64,000 nucleotides of DNA from Bacilli bacterium (GTDB lineage: Bacteria; Bacillota_I; Bacilli_A; RF39; UBA660): assembly GCA_045541255.1 (NCBI GenBank), contig JAZQIU010000027.1, forward strand, positions 924 to 64,923, given 5' to 3'. How positions within the stretch are numbered: position 1 is the first letter of the stretch; every line of letters starts with the position of its first letter. A model generated the notes under the pieces. The model was not told where the DNA came from and searched no databases. It saw only the letters and a program-made list of their open reading frames with translations. The translations under genes were made by a program, and so were the position numbers. This document shows, in pieces, positions 46,364 through 56,111 of the stretch.

Positions 46364-47820
46364 TATTTAACCTCCTTAGCAATTTGATTTTTGTATTCCA
46401 TAGCATTTTCTAAAGTAGCTGCTATATTTAATACGTTTATATCATCATAACAATTACCTGTAATGTTCATACCTACTGGTAAGTTATTTACAAATCCATT
46501 TGGGATTGTAATTGATGGGAATCCACCGAAGTTACCTATTTGTAATTGTTCATCTAACGCTATTGTATTTGTATCGTATTTTTTATTTAAATCTTCTAAT
46601 TTTTTAGCAGGTCCTATACCAACTGGTGATATAACTGCATCATAAGTTTTAAATAATTCTTTCCATGAATCTACTAGTAATCTTCTTACTCTTTGAGCAT
46701 TATTGAAATATCTATCTTTGTTTTCTTTTTGTAATACATATGAACCTATTATGAAACGTCTTTTAATTAATGGAGAGAATCCTTTTGTTCTATGATCTTT
46801 TATCATTTCTATATAATTATCTCCTTCTCCTCTTGGTCCAAAAATAATACCTGTTAAGTTACTCATATTACTTGTAGCTTCTGCTGAATGTATTACCACA
46901 TAAGTACTATATGAAGCATTTAGAAGTTTTCTATCTATACTTACTTCTTCTACTTCCATTCCTAAAGATTTACATAATTCAACTGTTTTATGGAAGTTTT
47001 CTAAATGTAATTTTAGTTCTTCATCTGCATTAGGATAATTAGATATATCACATAATTCTTTTACATAGCATAATTTCTTTCCTTTTGAATCAGTTGTTAA
47101 ACTATCTGCTAAATGTATGTCTTCACTATCCCAAGATGTCATATCATTTTTATCGATACCTTTCATTGTATCAACAACTATTGCACAATCTTTTACAGAA
47201 CGAGCTAAAACTCCTAAGTGATCTAAACTTGAAGCGAATGGAAATACTCCATAACGGCTTATCATTCCATATGTTGGTTTATAACCTACTATACCACAAT
47301 ATGCAGCTGGTTTTCTTATTGAATCACCTGTATCTGTTCCTAGTGCATAAGGATAAACTCCAGCTGCTACAGCACATGCACTTCCTGATGATGAACCTGC
47401 ACATATTCTAGTTCTATCCCATGGATTTAATACTGTTCCAGTATGTCCAGTTGTTCCAGTTCCACCCATACCAAATTCATCCATAACTGTTTTATTAACT
47501 TTTACTGCACCAGCAGCGTTTAATTTTTCAATTGCAGTTGCATTAAAGAATGGAACATAGTCTTTTAAAGTATTTGAAGACCCAGTTGTTAATAATCCTT
47601 TTGTACTATAATTATCTTTTACTCCATAAGGAATTCCTGATAGTAAATCATCAGTTATTTCTTCTGCTTTTGCATCATCTAAGATAGTTACAAAAGCGTT
47701 ATATTTTTCTTGAACTTCATGTGATTTTTTTAATGATTCTTCTATTAATTCTTGGCTAGTTACTTCATTATTTTTTAATAATTCATGTAATTCTGTAATA
47801 CTTTTATTCATGTATTCCAT
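46363..47820 (-). CDS. gatA: Asp/Glu-tRNA amidotransferase subunit A
   Basis: Amidase signature (GSSSGSACAVAAG). TAATG overlaps with gatC and gatB. Confidence 0.95.
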   Translation of the reverse strand: MEYMNKSITELHELLKNNEVTSQELIEESLKKSHEVQEKYNAFVTILDDAKAEEITDDLLSGIPYGVKDNYSTKGLLTTGSSNTLKDYVPFFNATAIEKLNAAGAVKVNKTVMDEFGMGGTGTTGHTGTVLNPWDRTRICAGSSSGSACAVAAGVYPYALGTDTGDSIRKPAAYCGIVGYKPTYGMISRYGVFPFASSLDHLGVLARSVKDCAIVVDTMKGIDKNDMTSWDSEDIHLADSLTTDSKGKKLCYVKELCDISNYPNADEELKLHLENFHKTVELCKSLGMEVEEVSIDRKLLNASYSTYVVIHSAEATSNMSNLTGIIFGPRGEGDNYIEMIKDHRTKGFSPLIKRRFIIGSYVLQKENKDRYFNNAQRVRRLLVDSWKELFKTYDAVISPVGIGPAKKLEDLNKKYDTNTIALDEQLQIGNFGGFPSITIPNGFVNNLPVGMNITGNCYDDINVLNIAATLENAMEYKNQIAKEVK

Positions 47821-48116
47821 TATCCCACCACCTTTGGTACTTCTATTTCTCTTTCTGTATGTTCATCACTATTAGATAATATATCTTCTATATCTTCAGA
47901 AATAGAAGCTTCATCTTCTCTTAAAACGAATTCAAAATCATCTAATGTATGAGTCATAGGTTTAACTGTTTCAATATTTGGAATTTCATTTATTAAATCA
48001 ATTTCTCTATCTATTTCTTCAAATTCATCTAATACATTTTTATTTTCTTCGTCTGTTAATCCAATAAGCAATTTATTTGCGTAATCATCTACCATTTCTT
48101 TTGTAAATTTACTCAT
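47820..48116 (-). CDS. gatC: Asp/Glu-tRNA amidotransferase subunit C
   Basis: 98-aa acidic protein in the canonical position between aspS and gatA. Confidence 0.85.
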   Translation of the reverse strand: MSKFTKEMVDDYANKLLIGLTDEENKNVLDEFEEIDREIDLINEIPNIETVKPMTHTLDDFEFVLREDEASISEDIEDILSNSDEHTEREIEVPKVVG

Positions 48117-49872
48117 TGTCTTCCTCCTTTTTAATAATTAATCCTAATTCTTCTAATTGTTTATCTGTTAGTTCACTTGGTGAACCCATCATTAAATCTT
48201 GTCCACTTGCACTTGTTGGGAAAGCTTGAACTTCTCTTAAGTTTGGTTCATCTTGAATTAGCATAATTAATCTATCAATTCCAGGAGCCATACCACCATG
48301 TGGAGGACATCCGTATTTAAATGCAGTAAATATTGATTTGAATTTTTCTTCTACTTCATCACGTGTATATCCAACTATTTCAAATCCTTTTGCTAAACTA
48401 TCTAAATCATGGTTTCTAACAGCACCTGATGCCATTTCGTTTCCATTACATACAAAGTCAAATTGATATGCTAAAATTTCATCTGGAGTTTTTTCTTCAT
48501 AGTCTTTAATTCCCCCATGTGGTAAACTGAATGGATTATGACAGAATTCATATTTTTTAGTAGCATCATCATATTCAAACATAGGGAAATCGTTAATAAT
48601 ACATAATTCTAATTTGTTATTATCTATTAGTTCACATTTTTTACCTAGTTCTGTACGTATTTGTCCTGCAAATTTTTGTGCTATCTTTTTATTTCTGTTT
48701 GCTATAAAAAACATTACTGAATTTGTTTTCATATCGAATTCTTTAATTAAGTTAGTTCTTTCTTCTTCACTTAAGAATTTATCTATAGGTCCTTTTAATG
48801 TTCCGTCTTCCATTAATGTTACATATCCTATTCCTGGCATTCCTATACTAGAAGCATAGTCAACTATTTCATTAAACCATGAATTAGAATGTGTTCCAAT
48901 ATCATCTACTACAATAACTTTAATTGTAGATTTTTTAAATGGTCCAAATGTTGTATCTTTTAATACAACAGAAGCATCTTTTATAATTAATGGGTTTCTT
49001 AAATCTGGTTTATCAGTACCGAAGCTCTCCATAGCATCTTTATATGCTATTCTTCTAAACGGTCTAGGTGACACAATTTTATCAGAGAATTTAGTGAATG
49101 TATCATAGAAGATTTCTTCTCCAATATTTAATATTTCTTCTTCTTCAACAAAACTCATTTCTAAATCTAATTGATAAAATTCTAATGTTCTATCAGCACG
49201 AGCGTCTTCATCTCTAAAGCATGGTGCTATTTGGAAATATTTTTCAAATCCACCTACCATTAATAATTCTTTATATATTTGTGGTGCTTGTGGTAATGCA
49301 TAAAATTTACCTTTAAATAATCTTGAAGGAACTACAAAGTCTCTTGCTCCTTCTGGACTAGATGCTGTTAATATTGGAGTTTGAACTTCTGTAAATCCTA
49401 AATCATACATTTTATTTCTTAAGAAATGTAATATTTCAGAACGTAATAATATATTATCTTTTACTTTTTTATTACGCATATCTAAATAACGATATTTAAG
49501 TCTTACATCTTCTTTAGTATTTTTAGAAGTTATTATTTCAAATGGTAATTCATTTTTTGATTTACCTAATACTTCTAATTCACTTACTAATAATTCTATT
49601 TCTCCTGTATGAATTTTTGTATTATAAGTTTCTTCATTTCTTTTTCTAATTGTTCCAGTTACTTTTATAACGCTTTCTTTAGTTAAATTTTTAAATATAG
49701 AATCATCATTACTTACTACTTGTATTGTATCAGTATTGTCTCTTAAGTCTAAAAATAATACTCCACCGTGATCTCTTATATTTTCTATCCAACCAGAAAC
49801 AATTACACTTTCTCCTACATTATTAACATCTAAATCTTTACATTGATGTGTATGATAAATATTTGTTTTCAT
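48109..49872 (-). CDS. aspS: Aspartate--tRNA ligase (bacterial type; predicted non-discriminating from context)
   Basis: Class II motifs (FLDLRD, FYALPQAPQ, GGMAPGIDRL). 587 aa. Overlaps gatC by 8 nt. Confidence 0.95.
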   Translation of the reverse strand: MKTNIYHTHQCKDLDVNNVGESVIVSGWIENIRDHGGVLFLDLRDNTDTIQVVSNDDSIFKNLTKESVIKVTGTIRKRNEETYNTKIHTGEIELLVSELEVLGKSKNELPFEIITSKNTKEDVRLKYRYLDMRNKKVKDNILLRSEILHFLRNKMYDLGFTEVQTPILTASSPEGARDFVVPSRLFKGKFYALPQAPQIYKELLMVGGFEKYFQIAPCFRDEDARADRTLEFYQLDLEMSFVEEEEILNIGEEIFYDTFTKFSDKIVSPRPFRRIAYKDAMESFGTDKPDLRNPLIIKDASVVLKDTTFGPFKKSTIKVIVVDDIGTHSNSWFNEIVDYASSIGMPGIGYVTLMEDGTLKGPIDKFLSEEERTNLIKEFDMKTNSVMFFIANRNKKIAQKFAGQIRTELGKKCELIDNNKLELCIINDFPMFEYDDATKKYEFCHNPFSLPHGGIKDYEEKTPDEILAYQFDFVCNGNEMASGAVRNHDLDSLAKGFEIVGYTRDEVEEKFKSIFTAFKYGCPPHGGMAPGIDRLIMLIQDEPNLREVQAFPTSASGQDLMMGSPSELTDKQLEELGLIIKKEEDNE

Positions 49873-50173
49873 TTTAAATTTCCTTTCTTATATAAAAATA
49901 CCCGTATCATCCTATACATAAGGACGAATACGGGTATCCGTGGTGCCACCTTAATTTATTACTAAAGTTTTTTAAACTTATTATTTTTAGTAACCTTTTA
50001 TGCTCCTTTAAGCAATAGCAGTATGATAACGGTTTGCTTCCGAACTAATCTACTAAGAATAATCTTTTCGGTAGTTTGCTCCAAGGTGTTCTTTCACTAA
50101 ATGTCTATAATCAGTTTCCACTATACCTGACTCACTTGTATAAACTTATAAAGTTACTTTTCCTCTTCAACGC
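49873..50173 (-). promoter_or_regulatory. T-box leader of the aspS-gatCAB operon, specifier AAC (Asn) by my reading
   Basis: Stem I base GUUGAAGAGGAAAAGUA, AG bulge AGUGA, distal loop GUGGAAAC. Specifier segment GAAAG-AAC-A-CCUUGGAGCA (AAC at 50088-50090). T-box AAAUUAAGGUGGCACCACGG (49938-49957). Canonical terminator 49898-49937 plus a U-run. Confidence 0.85.
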
Positions 50174-50179
50174 GTTATT

Positions 50180-50209
50180 AATATATCATAAATATTCTTA
50201 TTTTGTCAA
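50180..50209 (-). promoter_or_regulatory. aspS operon promoter
   Basis: -35 TTGACA (50204-50209), 18-nt spacer with TG, -10 TATATT (50180-50185). Confidence 0.55.
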
Positions 50210-50303
50210 TAAAAATATACTTATTATATAATATGTATTTAACTACAATTTTTATACTTACAATATATTGGTATATGTTTAAATTATATATTTAAATTTT
50301 AAC

Positions 50304-50332
50304 TTGCAATAGTGAATATCATATTGTATAAT
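50304..50332 (+). promoter_or_regulatory. Promoter of the 50357-50965 gene
   Basis: -35 TTGCAA, 17-nt spacer, -10 TATAAT. Confidence 0.55.
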
Positions 50333-50356
50333 TAAATCAGGAAAGGAAGTAATATT

Positions 50357-50965
50357 ATGAATAAGGATTTTGAAAATGATATTAAAAGTTTATTAATACC
50401 AAAAACTGAAAGAGATAGAAAACAAGTTGCTTTATTCTTGCCACCTCATAAAATTGAAAAATTAGATGAATTAGTTAAAGAATTATCACAATATTCAAAT
50501 GGTCGCGTTAATCGTAATGTTTTAATAGAAAAAGCAGTAGATAATTTAATTAAAGTTTTACCTAATATAATTCTAGAATATGAAAAAGCAGAAGAAGAAC
50601 CTATAGATGTTGGTTTTGATACTATTGTTTGTCCAAGTATGCCAAGTGGTTTATCTTTTATAGAACATGAACATAAATGGCAATATATTAAAGTTGATGC
50701 AAAGAAAATACCTTTTATTAAATATATTGCATTATATGTAGGTGCTCCTCTTTCAGCTATAATGGTTTATGCTGAAGTTGAAAGATTTGAACCAGAAGTT
50801 AGACCAAATAATCAAAAACAATATATAGTTCATTTAAAAGGTCCAATTCATCATATTAAACCTATTAAACTTGGAGATTTAAATCCAGTTACTACAAGAG
50901 GTATTAAATATACTACTTTAGATAAGTTATTAAAAGCAAAAGAATATTCAGATATATTATCTTAA
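50357..50965 (+). CDS. Hypothetical protein: RHH-like N-terminus fused to an unassigned ~120-aa C-terminal domain
   Basis: RKQVALFLPPHKIEKLDELVKEL...NRNVLIEKAVDNLI looks CopG/Arc-like. The C-terminal IKYIALYVGAPLSAIMVYAEVERFE...IKYTTLDKLLKAKEYSDIL is not assigned. Confidence 0.4.
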   Translation: MNKDFENDIKSLLIPKTERDRKQVALFLPPHKIEKLDELVKELSQYSNGRVNRNVLIEKAVDNLIKVLPNIILEYEKAEEEPIDVGFDTIVCPSMPSGLSFIEHEHKWQYIKVDAKKIPFIKYIALYVGAPLSAIMVYAEVERFEPEVRPNNQKQYIVHLKGPIHHIKPIKLGDLNPVTTRGIKYTTLDKLLKAKEYSDILS

Positions 50966-51033
50966 TATCTTTTTATCTAAGATTACTATATATAGTAGTT
51001 TTAGATAAGAAGATATAAGTAGAAAGGATTGAT

Positions 51034-51105
51034 ATGGAGGCAACATTGTTTTCTATAATAGTAATTATGTTACTTATAAATGCTATAGCATTTTCAAATA
51101 AATAA
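51034..51105 (+). CDS. Possible 23-aa hydrophobic micropeptide
   Basis: AAAGGA RBS 7 nt before the ATG. Translation is MEATLFSIIVIMLLINAIAFSNK. No other support. Confidence 0.2.
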   Translation: MEATLFSIIVIMLLINAIAFSNK

Positions 51106-51235
51106 AAAAAAATACTAACTTTTTATAAAGTTAGTAACTGATTAATAAAAAGACTTTTATATCTTCTTAATTAAGTGTATGCAATAGCAGTTGCATACAC
51201 TTTTAGTATATATTAAAACATTAATTATGTCAATT

Positions 51236-51721
51236 TTATCTAAAATATATATTACTATGTATTAGTTGTCTTCTTCTTGTTTGTTTTACCCTATTCTCTG
51301 TTCTTGAAAATATTAAGCCATCTGCTGCTTCCCATATCATTAACCATCCAATTATTAAAATAAATTCACTTATAAAGAATAAATTATTTGATAAATAATA
51401 TGCTAATAATATTATTACTCCTATCAGCATTAAGATTATTGCTTTAGACATAATCTTTTTTTCGTACATTAATAATTCATCCAAATCTTCTTTATAGCTC
51501 AATTTTATCATTGATATCAAATCTTTTTGCTCTTCTTCAGTTAATTTAAATTTTGAATCTATTTCTATTGTAATCTTATCAGTTAATTTAACTGTCTTTG
51601 CTTCATTTAAAATATAATTATCTAAATCTAAAGATATTCTTTTATTATTAAATTTATTTATATAATCTTCTTTTTTATTTAATTCTATATTTATTATATG
51701 ATTCATACTTATTCTCCTCAT
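51236..51721 (-). CDS. Hypothetical 2-TM membrane protein
   Basis: Long ORF with C-terminal hydrophobic helices. Confidence 0.4.
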   Translation of the reverse strand: MRRISMNHIINIELNKKEDYINKFNNKRISLDLDNYILNEAKTVKLTDKITIEIDSKFKLTEEEQKDLISMIKLSYKEDLDELLMYEKKIMSKAIILMLIGVIILLAYYLSNNLFFISEFILIIGWLMIWEAADGLIFSRTENRVKQTRRRQLIHSNIYFR

Positions 51722-51757
51722 ATATATTTTAACATAATTTTTTTAACATTATACTTT

Positions 51758-52618
51758 TTATTTATTAAGTAACTGTATATTATTATTTTTATATTCTTTT
51801 AAAATTTCATTCCATATATATGATTCTACGATTCTTGCTTTTTTAGGATTAACTAAGTATCTTAATTTTAATATTATATGATTATCTTTAACTTCAGTAT
51901 ATATTACTGGATCATATTTATTAAAATACATTCTATACGTTGTATTGTTTTTTAGTTCATTTTTCATTTTAGTTGGTATAACTTTTATTAAATCTATATT
52001 ATTTATTATTTTATATAATAATTTTTTTGATTCTATAACATCTGCATCTAAAGGTAAATTAATATTTATTTCATCCCATATATATTTAAAACCTTTATTT
52101 AAATTTTTTATCGGATGTGCAAATATATGTGAATTTGGAATAGTTAATACAATTCCAGTACTTTGGTTTCCATATTCTTCATTAGTTTCTAATAATTCAA
52201 ATGTAAATGTTCCTATATTAATTACATCACCTTTATTTCCATTTATTTCTATTCTATCTTCTAGTTTAAATGGTTTGTTAATTTTAATATAAATACCAGC
52301 AAATAAATTAAATATAATATCTTTTAAAGATAATGTTATCGCTGCTGATATAAAACTAATTAGTGTAATAACATTTTTTATATTATTTTCCCATAATAGA
52401 TATATTATTAGAAATTCACTTATATTTATTATTATTTTTACGAATTGTAAAACTTTATACTTTACTCTATTATTATTTATTTTTATTAATTGTTTTTTTA
52501 TGAAGTGAATAATTAGTCTACCTAACCCTAATGTTAATATGGTTAAAATAATTAAGATTAAATATTTATTATTTATATTTAAGCTTACTATATAATCTAT
52601 TGTTTTTAATAAATGCAT
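51758..52618 (-). CDS. Mechanosensitive ion channel (MscS family)
   Basis: SLKDIIFNLFAGIYIKINKPFKLEDRIEINGNKGDVINIGTFTFELLE. Confidence 0.7.
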   Translation of the reverse strand: MHLLKTIDYIVSLNINNKYLILIILTILTLGLGRLIIHFIKKQLIKINNNRVKYKVLQFVKIIINISEFLIIYLLWENNIKNVITLISFISAAITLSLKDIIFNLFAGIYIKINKPFKLEDRIEINGNKGDVINIGTFTFELLETNEEYGNQSTGIVLTIPNSHIFAHPIKNLNKGFKYIWDEININLPLDADVIESKKLLYKIINNIDLIKVIPTKMKNELKNNTTYRMYFNKYDPVIYTEVKDNHIILKLRYLVNPKKARIVESYIWNEILKEYKNNNIQLLNK

Positions 52619-52702
52619 ATACTATACTCCTTTCGGTGCAAGACCTAATATAACATTTTTTTATGAAATTTTAACAAAAAAAGAAGAGTTTTACACACTT
52701 CT

Positions 52703-54244
52703 TTACAAAGTTGGGAATGCTCCTATTCCTAGAGGAATTCCAACTAAATACCATAAAATTATAATTACTAACCACATACATAATGTTCCTAATGCATAAG
52801 GTATCATATATTTTAATGAACTAAATAATCCTGTACCTCTTTTATCTTGATTATATAATTCCATAAATGCTAAATATATTACAAAATATGCCATCGTTGG
52901 TGTTAAGCAATAAGTAACAGATTCTGCTCCTCTAAATATTACTTGTGCAAATTCTGGAGATATTCCTGAATTCATTAATACTGGCACAGCGACAGGACTT
53001 AGTATTGACCATCTATGAATTGATGATGGTAATAATAATGTTGAAATTGCAAATAATACAATTACCAATAATATTAATGGAAGACCTGTAAATTTAGTAG
53101 TTGATATTATATTTGCTATCCAACTTGTGAATAATACTCCAATGTTAGAATATTTTAAAATTGATATAAAAGTTGAAGCAAAAAATATAAGAACTAAAAC
53201 TTTACCCATTGCATCTAATGAATGGCTTAAATCATCACATACATCTCTTTGATTTTTTATTTTATTTGTTAATATACCATATACTAGTCCTAATATAAAG
53301 AATAGCATAGTTATTACAAATACGAATCCAGAATTAAAGAATGAATTATACCCAAATAATTTATCTATATATAATTTTTGTGAATAATCTAAAAGATTTC
53401 CACCAAAAGGTACTCCTGGAATAATATTATATATAAATATTAATACATATATTCCACCAATTATTAATGAAACATATAGACTTCTTAATTCTTTTTTTGA
53501 AACATACTTTTCTTCTGTTTCTTCTTCAATTTCATATTTACCTAATCTTGGTATTATATTTTTTTCTGTTATATTTGTTAATATAAATGATAATGCTATA
53601 GTTGCTATAGACATTATAAGGATAAAACTATTTGTATTTACAGTATAACCTTCTTTTAATAATGCTGCTGCACTAGTACTATAGGTCAATAATGATGAAT
53701 CTATTGAATTTATAAATACATTAATTCCTATACCACAACTTATTGCAGCAAATGCAGTTATTATACCGGCTTGTGGGTTTCTTTTCCCATATTTAAATAA
53801 TAACGCCGCTATTGGTATAATAACTATATATGATAAGTCTCCACCTATACTAGATAATATACTTAAAAATACTAATATAAATGTTACTACATTTTTTCTT
53901 AATTTATGAGTCAATACATAAAATAAAGTATCTAAAAACCCTGTCTTATCCATAATACCAATACCTAATAAAGTTATTAGTAACATACTAAGTGGTGTAA
54001 ACGATGCAAAATTTGATACTGTATTACTAAATATATATTTTAAACCTCTTAAGCTAAATAAGTTTTCTACAGCAACCATAGTTGTTTCTAATGTATTTGT
54101 TTTAGTATTTACAGTACTATAAGTTCCTGTTATATCAAATAATGATAATATACCACTTATTACTATAGTTATTAATATAAGTATTAAGAATGACATTATT
54201 GGATGAAGAACTATTTTATCTCTAATTCTCTTTATTTTCTTCAT
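52703..54244 (-). CDS. AbgT-family transporter (tentative)
   Basis: About 510-aa polytopic protein. The N-terminal IRDKIVLHPIMSFLILI... resembles the AbgT-family start. By-eye call. Confidence 0.65.
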   Translation of the reverse strand: MKKIKRIRDKIVLHPIMSFLILILITIVISGILSLFDITGTYSTVNTKTNTLETTMVAVENLFSLRGLKYIFSNTVSNFASFTPLSMLLITLLGIGIMDKTGFLDTLFYVLTHKLRKNVVTFILVFLSILSSIGGDLSYIVIIPIAALLFKYGKRNPQAGIITAFAAISCGIGINVFINSIDSSLLTYSTSAAALLKEGYTVNTNSFILIMSIATIALSFILTNITEKNIIPRLGKYEIEEETEEKYVSKKELRSLYVSLIIGGIYVLIFIYNIIPGVPFGGNLLDYSQKLYIDKLFGYNSFFNSGFVFVITMLFFILGLVYGILTNKIKNQRDVCDDLSHSLDAMGKVLVLIFFASTFISILKYSNIGVLFTSWIANIISTTKFTGLPLILLVIVLFAISTLLLPSSIHRWSILSPVAVPVLMNSGISPEFAQVIFRGAESVTYCLTPTMAYFVIYLAFMELYNQDKRGTGLFSSLKYMIPYALGTLCMWLVIIILWYLVGIPLGIGAFPTL

Positions 54245-54422
54245 TTAATATTCTCCTCAATTTCTTTTCAAATTCTAATCTATCAAGCATTATTTCTCTA
54301 TTACATCCCATACATTTTAACTTTATATCTACTCCTACTCGAGTAATCATCCACTCATTAGTTTTACATGCATGAGGTTTTTTCATAACAACAATGCTAC
54401 CTAATTTATATTTTTGTTCCAT
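54222..54422 (-). CDS. DUF951-family small protein
   Basis: MEQKYKLGSIVVMKKPHACKTNEWMITRVGVDIKLKCMGCNREIMLDR. Start moved to the internal Met (54422), since the longer ORF overlaps the upstream MscS gene. Confidence 0.7.
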   Translation of the reverse strand: MEQKYKLGSIVVMKKPHACKTNEWMITRVGVDIKLKCMGCNREIMLDRLEFEKKLRRILNEENKEN

Positions 54423-55212
54423 TATGTACCTCCAACTGATTATAAGGTATCTTAATTTTATTTTTATCATATGCAAGTTTTATTTCTTTTAAAACTTGTC
54501 TCTTTATATTCCAATGTGTTTCTCTATGACATGTTATTTTTATTAAATAGTCTATAGAAGAATCATTAAAATTATTTATTCCTAAATATTCTACCTCAGT
54601 AATATCTTTATAAGTTTCTTTTACTTTTTCTAATACTTCTTTTAAAACTTTTTCTACTTTCTCATATTTTTCTTCATATGCAGTTGGAATATTTAATAAT
54701 AATGTTGATCTTTCTTTACTAATATTTATTATTTTATCTATATTTCTATTAGCGACAACCATAACTTCGCCGGTTGCTTTTTTTATTTTAGTTGTTTTTA
54801 AACCAAACTCTATTACAGTTCCTGCAAATCCATTATAATCTACAATATCTCCTACTACAAAATAGTCATCAAATATAATACTTATTCCACTTATTATATC
54901 TTTTAATGCTTCTTGTAGAGCAAAACCTAATACAACTCCGGCTACTCCTAAACCAGCGATAACACTAGTTGTATTTACTCCATATAAATTTAATAAAAAT
55001 ATTGCCATAAAAATGAATAAAACATATTTGAATACATTTTTAAATATATGTACCATTGTTTTTCTTCTTTTTTTGTCTAATTCATCTTTTCCTTTAATTA
55101 CTATTTTATCTAAAGTAGAATTTATAATTTTATATAATATTAAAGTTATACCTATTATTAATAAAGTTCCATATACTTCTTTTTTTGAAAGAAACTTTAA
55201 AATTGATAACAT
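54406..55212 (-). CDS. Mechanosensitive ion channel (MscS family)
   Basis: GLGVAGVVLGFALQEALKDIISGISIIFDDYFVVGDIVDYNGFAGTVIEFGLKTTKIK. Confidence 0.8.
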   Translation of the reverse strand: MLSILKFLSKKEVYGTLLIIGITLILYKIINSTLDKIVIKGKDELDKKRRKTMVHIFKNVFKYVLFIFMAIFLLNLYGVNTTSVIAGLGVAGVVLGFALQEALKDIISGISIIFDDYFVVGDIVDYNGFAGTVIEFGLKTTKIKKATGEVMVVANRNIDKIINISKERSTLLLNIPTAYEEKYEKVEKVLKEVLEKVKETYKDITEVEYLGINNFNDSSIDYLIKITCHRETHWNIKRQVLKEIKLAYDKNKIKIPYNQLEVHNGTKI

Positions 55213-55214
55213 AA

Positions 55215-56111
55215 TTATTCTCCTTCAATATCTATATTTAATATTTCTAATATTCTTTCTAAGTCTTTATCAGAATCGAAAGGTATAGAAATTTTATTTT
55301 TTGATATTTGTACTTTAGTTCCAACTACATCTCTCATAACAGTTTCATATATTTTGAATCTTGGATTAAGCACTACAGTTCTAACTATTTTATTTTTCTT
55401 GATAACATCTTCTTCTCTACTTAATGTTTCTAGTTCTCTAACACTTATTCCTTCATCTATTACTTTTTGTGCTAGATTAAGTATCATATCAACATCGTCA
55501 ATTTTACTTAATACTCTAGCATGTGACATACTTATTGTTCCGTTGATAACTTCTTTTTGAACATATTTTGGAAGTGATAATAATCCTAAAAGATTTGTTA
55601 TATAACTTCTTGATTTTCCAAATTTATTAGCAACTTCTTCTTGAGTTAAACCAGTTGCATCAATATAGTTTTTATAAGCTTGAGCTTCTTCAATTGGTGA
55701 TAAATCTTCTCTTTGAATATTTTCAATAAGAGCTATTTCCATCATTTGTTGATCAGTAAAATCTCTAATTATTGCTGGTATTGTTTCTAGACCAGCAATG
55801 CTAGCTGCTTTTGTTCTTCTTTCACCAGCTACTAAATCATAGCCTTTAATACTTTTTTTAACTATAATTGGTTCTATTATTCCATGATCTTTAATTGATT
55901 CAGCTAATTCTCTTAAAGCTTCTTCATCAAAATATTCTCTTGGTTGATGTGGATTACTTCTAATATCTTTAATTGGAATTTCAACTATATCACTTTTACT
56001 TGTTGTTTCAACAATTTCTTTTTCATAATTATTTAATGTGTCTATATTTAATGGTTCACTATTAAATAATTGTTCTAATCCTTTTCCTAATGCTTTTCTT
56101 TTATTCTCCAT
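55215..56111 (-). CDS. parB: Chromosome partitioning protein ParB/Spo0J
   Basis: GKGLEQLF, IRSNPHQPR, VAGERRTKA and HTH motifs. Confidence 0.9.
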   Translation of the reverse strand: MENKRKALGKGLEQLFNSEPLNIDTLNNYEKEIVETTSKSDIVEIPIKDIRSNPHQPREYFDEEALRELAESIKDHGIIEPIIVKKSIKGYDLVAGERRTKAASIAGLETIPAIIRDFTDQQMMEIALIENIQREDLSPIEEAQAYKNYIDATGLTQEEVANKFGKSRSYITNLLGLLSLPKYVQKEVINGTISMSHARVLSKIDDVDMILNLAQKVIDEGISVRELETLSREEDVIKKNKIVRTVVLNPRFKIYETVMRDVVGTKVQISKNKISIPFDSDKDLERILEILNIDIEGE

